Below, piece by piece: positions 18,658 to 26,924 of a stretch of 35,285 nt of DNA. The DNA lies in contig JBKHIT010000053.1 of the NCBI GenBank assembly GCA_046538485.1, forward strand, positions 1 to 35,285, read 5' to 3'. Position numbers and translations under genes: made by a program. The DNA is from Candidatus Brocadiia bacterium (lineage in GTDB: Bacteria; Planctomycetota; Brocadiia; SM23-32). The first letter of the stretch is position 1. The number at the start of each line of letters is the position of its first letter. Below the pieces are notes generated by a model. The model did no database searches. It was not told where the DNA came from and saw only the letters and a program-made list of their open reading frames with translations.

Positions 18658-19758
18658 ATGAGTTTAAGCATCGGAATTATTGGCCTTCCAAACGTGGGGA
18701 AATCAACCCTTTTTAACGCTCTCACCGGCGCCCAAAACGCCGCGGCCGAAAGTTACCCCTTCTGCACCATCGAACCGAATAAAGCCATTGTCCCCGTTCC
18801 CGACGAGCGTCTTGAGAAAATCGCGAAAATAACCAATCCGGAAAAGGTCACTCAAGCCACCGTCGTGTTCGTGGATATTGCCGGACTTGTGGAAAACGCC
18901 AGTCAGGGGGAAGGATTGGGCAACCAGTTCCTATCACACGTCGCCGAAGCTGACGCCCTCCTGCACGTCGTTCGGTGTTTCTCCGACGAAAATGTGGCGC
19001 ACGTCGATACCGAAATCGACCCGATCCGTGACATCGAAACGGTGGAGACGGAACTTGCGTTGCGTGATATCGAACTGGTGGAGAATCGGGTGGAAAAGCT
19101 CGAACGCCAGGCCCGGGTCGACGATTCGGTCGAAGACCAACTCTCGGCCGCGAAAAGTCTTGCAGAGCACCTCAGCGAAGGAAGATCTGCCTCCGATTTC
19201 CCCGAGCGCTCCTCCGAATCCGCCATCCCCCTCTACCGCGAAGTGCCGCTTGTGTCGGACAAAGAAATTATCTACCTTGCCAATACGGATGAAGAGATCT
19301 CGGCCGAAACCGAATCCTGCGTCGACGCCGTCCGCACCTGTGCCAAGGATCATGGTTCGCGATTCCTGGCAATCGCGGCCAAATTTGAACAAGAGCTGAT
19401 CGATATGGACGACGCCGAACGAACCGAATTCCGCCAGATCTACGGTATCGAAGAACAGGCACTCGAACGGGTCATACGCGCCGGATACGAATCACTTGAT
19501 CTGGTCAGTTTTTTCACCATCCAGTCGAACCAGGCCCAGGCCTGGAACGTGGCGCGCGGAACTCCCGCCGACCGCGCGGCTGGAACGATCCATTCCGACT
19601 TCGAAGAAGGTTTTATCCGAGCAGAAGTCATTGCGTACGATGATCTGGTAGCCCACGGCGGGGAAGAAAAATGCCGCGCCGCCGGCGTCGTGCGGACCGT
19701 CGGTCATGACTACCAGGTGCAGGATGGAGACGTCATCCGGTTTGTTTTTGACGCGTGA
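18658..19758 (+). CDS. ychF: Redox-regulated ATPase YchF (Obg family)
   Basis: 366 aa with GLPNVGKST, YPFCTIEPN, DIAGLV, GEGLGNQFL and TGS-domain IHSDFEEGFIRAEV. Confidence 0.96.
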   Translation: MSLSIGIIGLPNVGKSTLFNALTGAQNAAAESYPFCTIEPNKAIVPVPDERLEKIAKITNPEKVTQATVVFVDIAGLVENASQGEGLGNQFLSHVAEADALLHVVRCFSDENVAHVDTEIDPIRDIETVETELALRDIELVENRVEKLERQARVDDSVEDQLSAAKSLAEHLSEGRSASDFPERSSESAIPLYREVPLVSDKEIIYLANTDEEISAETESCVDAVRTCAKDHGSRFLAIAAKFEQELIDMDDAERTEFRQIYGIEEQALERVIRAGYESLDLVSFFTIQSNQAQAWNVARGTPADRAAGTIHSDFEEGFIRAEVIAYDDLVAHGGEEKCRAAGVVRTVGHDYQVQDGDVIRFVFDA

Positions 19759-19790
19759 AGCGGAAACACTGGCCTGCTAATAAAGGGCGA

Positions 19791-20100
19791 TTGCAGCGCA
19801 CGTGAGCGGACCGGGTTTCTGCATTGGACTGCGGGGCTGGAGTTCAGAACGCGGACCGATCCGCTACAACGAGAAGGTCGCAGGCAAGATACCTGCGCTA
19901 CTATAACGTCGTCCCCGCGCAGTGCCCGGCTGCGAGGAGAAAAGTGTTCTTGTTGGCGCCCATTCCTTCCCCGGCACTTCTGCAAGATTCGTCCGCCTCA
20001 AGTCCAGTTTCGCCCGCCTCGCGGCGGCCTCAGCTGAACTCGAGTCTGCATGGCCGTGAGCCGACGTGCCTTCAGCCGGGGGCTGGAGTTCAGAACGCGG
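19791..20100 (-). repeat. Inverted copies of the repeat family at 532-990
   Basis: GGCTGGAGTTCAGAACGCG at 19835-19853 and 20081-20099. The reverse complement of 19991-20100 aligns with 790-900. Confidence 0.88.
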
Positions 20101-20115
20101 CACGTAACCGAGATC

Positions 20116-20901
20116 CTACACAAAATCCCAGGGGCTTTCTTCCCTGAAACGATGAACCGTAATCTCCGGGAATCGCTCTTCCAGCACGTCGGCGAGCACC
20201 ATCAGCCCCGGTTGCTCCGTTTTCAAATGCCCCAATTCGACGAAAGCCACATCCATATCCGCGCAGAATGTGGCACTGAATTCCTCGGTCTCCCCGCCGA
20301 GCAAAACATCCACGCCGAGTCTCACCAGGCGGTTCATCACTCCCATGTTCAGGTGAAGGCCGATACCGCCCCAGCAGAGGCCAATCTTACTGACGGGGCG
20401 CTCCAGATCCGGAGCATAAACCCTGACAGTCTTCATTCCCACAGCATCTTTCCAACCTTCCACCAGTTTCTTCAGCGGCGCCGTTGCAACTTTGAAAATC
20501 CGCACAGCCTCGTGTCCAGCCATGTTTTCCATAATTGCCGGCTCGGGCAGATTCAGCTTTTCCTGAATCACATCCGCTATGCAATAAGAATCTGCTGTGC
20601 GATGACATTGAAGCACGGTGAGTCCATTTGCCTGCGCAAGCTCTTTCCGGCGCTCGTTAACATCCCAGCTCATAAACCGTTCATAATCGCCGTCACGTGT
20701 GACGCCGAGGAACGGCGATTCGTGGCACACAACCAGATCGCATTCCCGTTCCGCCGCTGCCCGCAATCCCCTCAAACCGGCCATCCAACAGACAAGTATA
20801 TTTGTGACCGTCTCTTCCTCCGACCCGACGTAGATCTTTTCTTCCGGGTACGGCCCTGGCCCAAGAGAATTAAGGAACTGCTGGATGTCTTTGACTTTCA
20901 C
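20116..20901 (-). CDS. Nif3-like dinuclear metal centre protein
   Basis: GTG start at 20901 gives MKVKDIQQFL (261 aa). Motifs DLVVCHESPF, HRTAD, DVLLGGE and ELGHLKTEQPGLMVLA. Confidence 0.8.
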   Translation of the reverse strand: MKVKDIQQFLNSLGPGPYPEEKIYVGSEEETVTNILVCWMAGLRGLRAAAERECDLVVCHESPFLGVTRDGDYERFMSWDVNERRKELAQANGLTVLQCHRTADSYCIADVIQEKLNLPEPAIMENMAGHEAVRIFKVATAPLKKLVEGWKDAVGMKTVRVYAPDLERPVSKIGLCWGGIGLHLNMGVMNRLVRLGVDVLLGGETEEFSATFCADMDVAFVELGHLKTEQPGLMVLADVLEERFPEITVHRFREESPWDFV

Positions 20902-20962
20902 TTTTCTCTCACAAATGGGGACCAATGCTATGCACCGGGCAGCACAAGAAAACAAAACCACG

Positions 20963-23425
20963 TCACTTGAAGAAAACCGGCGAGGACCAGGTGGTGTGGC
21001 CCTGAGCGGTGAGAACACGGACGAGATAATACCCGGGACCCGGTTCGGAATCGTCAAGCGTATGCTTCTCCACCCCAAAACGGTGGCCGGGTAGCTTCTC
21101 CCAGATTTCCCCGTTCTTAATCACTTCAATCCGCTGAACTGGCATCGCAGATCCCACTATAATTTCAAGCTGTCGCTCAGTTCCGTCCACCGCCTCGCCA
21201 CTTCCAGGACTTTGTCCGTTCACCGTAAATTTCAGAAGGGTCTTCTGCCCGGATGTCGCGTAAGTGCGCCCTTCTTTCAACGCCTCATAAACTTCGTCCC
21301 GGGTTAGCTGATCGCAGTTGACAGCGGTCATCTCAGCGGGCAGAAACGAATAGTAGGCTTCTGTGCCGTGATCGGTCCCGGCCGTAACTCCAACGTGTAA
21401 ACCATCATCAAACGCCTCAAAGATACTCCAGGGTTGTTTTTGGTTTTCCCCGGGGAGCCCGTCACGGAGGAATTCACCGCACCACCCGCTCACCTCCACT
21501 CCGCTGTCCACCTCCGGCCACATTTCGGGATCTCCGCAGTGGAAATGGTTGATGCAGAAAAAATCGCGTCCCTCCTTTTCGTATTCTCTGTAAACACCGC
21601 CAGGCGTATCGCTCTCGGGCGAAACCCCATCGTTAATCATGTCGATCGGTTCACGGAAATAGATATTTCGATGACCGTAATTTTTCCGCATATGTTTGCC
21701 GCGGCCCATGCTGTTCGTCCATTCATAACCGGGAACCGTCACAAACTGTCCCGGCTTATTATGCTTCTCCAGTGTGCTGTTGAGCTGTGCCAGCCGTTTT
21801 TCCGTAAAATCGTGACCATGATCCGTCAGTGCCCAGAAATCAAGGCCACGATGGCAGCTCACCTCAATCGCTTTGTGTTCGGGATGAAGGCGTCCATCTG
21901 AAAGCTGCGAGTGCGTGTGAATATCCCCAAAATAGAGTTTCCCCGGGCCAAATGACCCATCCGTCACGATTAAATTGCTCGATCCGCTCACAGATGGATC
22001 GTTCTGATCCCGGGCATGGATCTGAAAGACTCCTTCCTCCCCTATCCGAGCGGTCAAAATCGCCATCCCATTATCGCCTTCCGAAATCTCACAAGCGGAC
22101 GGCAAATCACAGTCTCTGGCATCGGCAAAAAGGCTGATCGCGCCCGTGTAGCCATCGGCAACGTTCCCGAAATGATCGATGGCCGTCACAACCACTCGAA
22201 ATTCTTCCCCCGGATCGGGCGTCGGCGGGCAATGTACCATAAAATGCCCCGCATCACCGCCCAGGATATCGACTCGAAGATGCTCGCGCGGAGCAAGGTA
22301 GATACCGTTCCCCGCCAGGTCGCAGAAAAATTTGAATGGAAAGTCTTTCTGCGAAAGCAACTGGCTGCGGATACCGGGCCCGTGCGGATGTTCGCCAACT
22401 TTGATCGTGACAGTATCGCCGGGCTCCAAGGCTTCTCGATCTTGTAAAACTGCTTTTGGGGAAAAATGCTCTTCGCGTTCGAGGGACATCTCAGCCCCTT
22501 CCCGTGAACACTCGATTTCAAGGTAGCCCGCCGCACCCGGGTTATCCCACTGCAGCGGGGACCAATCTTTCTCCGGCAACGGCCGTTTCCGTCGCGATCT
22601 CCGATTGCACTCGATCACTTCGTTGCTCAGATTGAATTTCAAACCCGCCCCCGGCGGCAGTCCATTTTCGCCAACAGTATACTCGAAGTGGAATCCATAG
22701 AACCCACCCACCCTCATCTGCCCCGGACCACAATATTTGAGCTCGCCCAGATCGACCTCGCTACTTGTGTAGCGGTCCCACTCCAAATCCGTCGTCGACA
22801 GCAAACCAAAACAGAAAACGGGATACCGGCAATTCTCATTGAAGGGCAACTGGCTTGGAATCGGCGCCCACGCGCTCGTCGCACCGTTGGAACTGTGGAA
22901 ACGTACGACATCAAACGGAATGGGAGTGGAATGCAGATCATCGACACTATATTTCAAAAATTCGAGGGGGATCTCCACATCCGCCATCCATTCGTTCTGG
23001 CCGGATTCCACATCAAAACTGATCGGGTTCTCTTCCTTTCTCCTCCAATTTTTCGCGACAAAGGCCTCGCCCGTCAGTTTCATTCCCACCTGAACGACAT
23101 CCTGACCTGCTGCAATGAAATTCAGCGAAACAAAGTCCGTTTCCCAAAAATCACCGGTCTGCTTTTCGGGAAGCCACGTCTCAAGGTCTTGCAAAACCGG
23201 TTCTTCCATAACGAGATGAAATAGAAGATTTCCGCCGTTCAATTTGATATCGCAAGTAGTATTGACGTCCGCTTCGCCGGGACGATTTCCCGGGAAATAG
23301 GTTCCCTGATAAATGTGCGCGCCGATAGTCTTGAATTTGTCGACGGTTGCGGCTTTCTCGTCTCCGCTGAGAATCGCCGTTCGCTCTTTATCGGCGTATC
23401 TCACAAGCGCGTAGTTGGGATGCAC
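20963..23425 (-). CDS. PHP-like metallohydrolase (CehA/McbA, DUF3604 type) with N-terminal sugar-binding-like and Ig-like domains
   Basis: GTG 23425 lies 8 nt after AGGAG (the track start is 23458). Motifs YFGDIHTHSQLSDG, LDFWALTDH, PGYEWT, GHRNIYF, AGTDHG, GRTYATSG and WSSPVF. Confidence 0.8.
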   Translation of the reverse strand: MHPNYALVRYADKERTAILSGDEKAATVDKFKTIGAHIYQGTYFPGNRPGEADVNTTCDIKLNGGNLLFHLVMEEPVLQDLETWLPEKQTGDFWETDFVSLNFIAAGQDVVQVGMKLTGEAFVAKNWRRKEENPISFDVESGQNEWMADVEIPLEFLKYSVDDLHSTPIPFDVVRFHSSNGATSAWAPIPSQLPFNENCRYPVFCFGLLSTTDLEWDRYTSSEVDLGELKYCGPGQMRVGGFYGFHFEYTVGENGLPPGAGLKFNLSNEVIECNRRSRRKRPLPEKDWSPLQWDNPGAAGYLEIECSREGAEMSLEREEHFSPKAVLQDREALEPGDTVTIKVGEHPHGPGIRSQLLSQKDFPFKFFCDLAGNGIYLAPREHLRVDILGGDAGHFMVHCPPTPDPGEEFRVVVTAIDHFGNVADGYTGAISLFADARDCDLPSACEISEGDNGMAILTARIGEEGVFQIHARDQNDPSVSGSSNLIVTDGSFGPGKLYFGDIHTHSQLSDGRLHPEHKAIEVSCHRGLDFWALTDHGHDFTEKRLAQLNSTLEKHNKPGQFVTVPGYEWTNSMGRGKHMRKNYGHRNIYFREPIDMINDGVSPESDTPGGVYREYEKEGRDFFCINHFHCGDPEMWPEVDSGVEVSGWCGEFLRDGLPGENQKQPWSIFEAFDDGLHVGVTAGTDHGTEAYYSFLPAEMTAVNCDQLTRDEVYEALKEGRTYATSGQKTLLKFTVNGQSPGSGEAVDGTERQLEIIVGSAMPVQRIEVIKNGEIWEKLPGHRFGVEKHTLDDSEPGPGYYLVRVLTAQGHTTWSSPVFFK

Positions 23426-23442
23426 GGCATTGACTCCTGCTT

Positions 23443-24477
23443 TCAGACTTTCTCGCATTCATAGGTCAGCCCGATTTCCTCACGCCATATGTCCAGCACA
23501 CGGATGTTTCCGAGCGTATCATCCCAGCTCATCTCGGGTGCCTGCCGGTTCGGGATATATTCCGCCACAACATCAACCTCGTAAGTATAGAGATCTTTCG
23601 GTGCCTCCACGGCGATCTCCCGCGGTTCTTCTTCGGCATACTGATGAAGCATCATCCGCACAGGATCCCGGTTATGTCGCGAAGGAGTCCATGGATTATA
23701 AACATTCAGGTAACCTTCGGTTCCATAAATTTTCAGACTATTGCCATCTGGCAGGCTCAACCGAACGCCTGTGGTGAGTTCCGCCACGATGTCGTTCGGG
23801 AATTTCAGCAAAGCGCTTGCCCATTCATCGACCCCCGTTTCACCCATATGGGCGCACCCGTTGACTTCAATGGGTTCAGCAAAACCATCGCCGGCGGCGG
23901 CCCCTGCAACGAGACGCGAACCACTGACGGGATAGCAACCCACGTCGAGAATCCCACCTCCTCCCAGTTCCGGATTCAGAGTTCGGGATTTGGGATCGCC
24001 ACCGCTGCGGAAACTGAATGCGGCTCGTATCAACTGCACCCTACCCAGGACGCCGTCCGCCACAATTTGTCTAATCCGTTTTGTCTGAGGATGGCAACGA
24101 TACATAAAAGCTTCCATCAGAAAAACGTCATTTTCCCGGGCGGTATCGAACATCAATTGTGCTTCCGCCTGGTTCATTCCGATGGGTTTTTCTACGAGGA
24201 TGTGCTTCCCGGCCCGGGCAGCAGCCATGGCCCACTCGGCATGAAATGGGTGAGGCACCGCAACATAAACAACTTCCACGTCATTATCATCCAGCAGATG
24301 GTCGTAACCCTCATAACGGCGCGGGATATCGTACTCATCTGCGAACTCATCCGCTGTTTTGCTGGCGCGGCTGCCGACAGCCAGGACTTCCCCCGTCGTG
24401 GATTCCGCAATCGCATCGGCAAGTTCGCTGGCAATGGTACCGGTGCCGATGATTCCCCATTGCAACTTGTCACTCAT
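23443..24477 (-). CDS. Gfo/Idh/MocA family oxidoreductase
   Basis: 344 aa with WGIIGTGTIA, GKHILVEKP, EAFMYRCHPQ and GGGILDVGCY. Confidence 0.93.
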   Translation of the reverse strand: MSDKLQWGIIGTGTIASELADAIAESTTGEVLAVGSRASKTADEFADEYDIPRRYEGYDHLLDDNDVEVVYVAVPHPFHAEWAMAAARAGKHILVEKPIGMNQAEAQLMFDTARENDVFLMEAFMYRCHPQTKRIRQIVADGVLGRVQLIRAAFSFRSGGDPKSRTLNPELGGGGILDVGCYPVSGSRLVAGAAAGDGFAEPIEVNGCAHMGETGVDEWASALLKFPNDIVAELTTGVRLSLPDGNSLKIYGTEGYLNVYNPWTPSRHNRDPVRMMLHQYAEEEPREIAVEAPKDLYTYEVDVVAEYIPNRQAPEMSWDDTLGNIRVLDIWREEIGLTYECEKV

Positions 24478-24492
24478 TGTGCATTCTCCTCA

Positions 24493-25884
24493 TCATTCCT
24501 CAACTTGATAAAACGCGCTTTCCGGCGCGCAATCAAGGCCAATTTTGTTTTTTTGTCCTTTTCCACTTACACCACAGTGTGTTCCATCAAGAGCAGGATC
24601 CACGTAACAACGGAACCATTTGTCCAACCGACCACACATCTCCTCCACGCGGTCGCTCTGCTCCGGCTCTTCTACAAGGTTATTGCGCTCGTCGGGATCA
24701 TTGACCAGATCGTAGAGCTCGTGAGGACCGTAGGGATAGCGGTGGATGTACTTCCAGTCGCGCGTTCTGATCATACGAACCGGCCCATACTCGTCGCACA
24801 CAACGACCTCGTCCCGAACACCATCGCGTTCGCCTTCCCACACCGGCGCATAACTCTCGCCCGGCAGTTTATCTCCTTCAACCGCAGGAAGATTGAGATA
24901 ATCCAGCAGTGTTGGCATGAAATCATACTGACTCATCATCGCCCCGGCAACTTCACCCTCCGGAATATGGTTCGGGTGGCTAACGACGAACGGGACTTTT
25001 ACAGAATTCTCATACATGTTCAGGGGATATGTTCCGTTCCCTTTTCCCCAGAATCCATGGTGCCCGCAGGAAAAACCATTATCGGCGCTGAAAACAACAA
25101 GTGTATTGTCACGGATTCCGAGTTCCTCCAGTTTATCCAGAACCCGGCCGACCCCGATGTCAAGTCCCGTTACCGCACCAAAATAACCCTTCAGGGATTC
25201 TCTGTTCCCGAGATTGCCATAAGCCAGCCCCCGAGCCCACGGGTGCATTGCTTCCTGCGGACAGCTTTTGAACGGGCAATCGTCGTAAAATTCCGTCAAT
25301 TCTTCCGGATGTCCCGTCCATGGGCTGTGCGGCGCATTATAATTAAGGCTCAGGTAAAATGGCCCATCGTCCCAGCTCTGTTCGATGAACTGAATCCCGT
25401 AATCTGTGATCCTATCGGTGAGGTATCCGGGAAATTCCTGAACTTCGCCTTCCCATATCATTTCCGCATCTTGATAACGACTTCCCCCCTGGGGCATACA
25501 ATACCAGTAGCTGAATCCATGCTGAGGAGTGAGGCTGTCGCCCAGATGCCATTTGCCGCTCAGACCGACGGTGTAATCGTTCTCCGCAAGAACGTCCGTG
25601 TAGCATGTACAGTCTTCTATATACCGGGCAGGATCCGGCGGCATATTTCGTTCCCGGATCCAATCGTGCACCCCGTGCGCGCTCGGGATACGACCGGTCA
25701 TGAGGCTGGCCCGGGCCGGTGAGCAGACCGGGGAGCTGCAGAAAAAGTTCTCAAACCGCATCCCTTGACCGGCAAGTCGATCGATATTGGGCGTACGAAT
25801 TTCGGGGTTCCCGCAGCAACCCGCCGCCCACGGACCCTGATCGTCCGTCAGAACAAATATCACATTAGGTCTTTCAGTGGCCAT
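24493..25884 (-). CDS. Sulfatase (S1 family), no signal peptide
   Basis: 463 aa with RPNVIFVLTDDQG, FGly motif CSPARAS, GKWHLG, FSADNG and ELYDLVNDPDE. Confidence 0.93.
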   Translation of the reverse strand: MATERPNVIFVLTDDQGPWAAGCCGNPEIRTPNIDRLAGQGMRFENFFCSSPVCSPARASLMTGRIPSAHGVHDWIRERNMPPDPARYIEDCTCYTDVLAENDYTVGLSGKWHLGDSLTPQHGFSYWYCMPQGGSRYQDAEMIWEGEVQEFPGYLTDRITDYGIQFIEQSWDDGPFYLSLNYNAPHSPWTGHPEELTEFYDDCPFKSCPQEAMHPWARGLAYGNLGNRESLKGYFGAVTGLDIGVGRVLDKLEELGIRDNTLVVFSADNGFSCGHHGFWGKGNGTYPLNMYENSVKVPFVVSHPNHIPEGEVAGAMMSQYDFMPTLLDYLNLPAVEGDKLPGESYAPVWEGERDGVRDEVVVCDEYGPVRMIRTRDWKYIHRYPYGPHELYDLVNDPDERNNLVEEPEQSDRVEEMCGRLDKWFRCYVDPALDGTHCGVSGKGQKNKIGLDCAPESAFYQVEE

Positions 25885-25940
25885 TTTCTCACCTTACCGA
25901 AAATCATTATGAAAGATTTCATCTCCGGTCAAAGCCTCGT

Positions 25941-25969
25941 ATCATAGGCGTTGATACCCGCCCGTGCAA
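25941..25969 (-). promoter_or_regulatory. Putative sigma70 promoter for the sulfatase operon
   Basis: TTGCAC (25969-25964)-17 bp-TATGAT (25946-25941), about 56 bp upstream of the ATG. Confidence 0.5.
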
Positions 25970-26155
25970 GAGTTCCCTATTTTTTAGCCGGTCCCGGCAG
26001 ACCGGGCAAAGAACGTAACGTTCGGTGATCACACGGCTTAGTCCGGATTTTATGGATAAATTCTTGTTGTAAATTACTACATCTAAACGGAATGCGCCGT
26101 TTTACATCGCCTGCATCCGTAAGTAGTTGTTTAGCCAAGAGATACCGCTTCAGGG

Positions 26156-26260
26156 GTCATTGCGAGCCCATCGCAAGATGGGCGAAGCAATCTCGTCGTT
26201 TTTTCAGCCCAGCAGCGAGATCGCCGGGGCGTCCTGGTGCGTGGAACGCCTCGCAATGAC
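26156..26260. repeat. ~105-bp palindromic element (RPE/MITE-like)
   Basis: Perfect terminal inverted repeat GTCATTGCGAG / CTCGCAATGAC. Internal hairpin GCCCATC-GCAA-GATGGGC and a GCAATCTCG/CGAGATCGC pairing. Confidence 0.75.
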
Positions 26261-26924
26261 ATGTAGACCTGAATGGGTGAGTGTAACGCACAGTAAACGC
26301 ATACCTCGTAAGATGCCGGCTGGCGCCGTAACCTCCAGGGTTTTGTTGGCTGCCCATAATCCGGTCGTTCAACTCGACTCGATCAATCATATGAGTCCTG
26401 GTGCGTGGTGGCTCTCCGCCTTCTTGCTCTTCAAATACGGGAGAGCAACCTTTCCGCACTTTACGACTGCGTCACCCGCCGCAAGTATGCCCGGGCGGAC
26501 AAATCGCGCCCGAGGCTGAAGTTTCCAGCATGGTGGCGGAGATCGGATAGATTCCTTTCCCTGCCGTCAGGCTCAGCACCCGGAAGACTGAAGGCGGACT
26601 TGGGTGCCGGGAGAGTCTCAAGCTAAACGATAGATGTTTCCGAAACAGCCAAATCGGGAATAATCTCAGTACCTGGTTAGACCCCGGCGTCCACGCCCCC
26701 CTGGAACCATAGGCCGCTCCAGATTGGCTGACCGATAAAGATGGAGTAAGCCTCACATGTGTGACTGGCAGACGAACTAAGCCCCAGGTGCAGCCTGGTT
26801 CCTCAAGTCCAACACAGAGGTTTTCATTGGGATGAGCTACTGCGGCAAGGAGAGATAATTGGCTTATCCGAACCCGCTTCCCAATACTGACAAAAAACCC
26901 TTAAAAGCCAGGCCCGTCGACGAT

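Noticed and set aside
790..20100. Composite transposon or invertible segment bounded by the inverted repeats
   Set aside because: No transposase or recombinase inside, the enclosed genes include housekeeping functions, and the copies are diverged. A dispersed repeat family is the simpler explanation.
20902..21078. Extended start of the Nif3 ORF
   Set aside because: It overlaps the upstream gene, and Nif3-like sequence begins at the GTG at 20901.
23644..25722. 692-aa plus-strand ORF
   Set aside because: Antisense shadow of the sulfatase and oxidoreductase genes, with no motifs.
26401..26900. Group II intron remnant (GTGCG at 26401)
   Set aside because: No domain V/VI or reverse transcriptase is visible, and the 5-mer is expected by chance.
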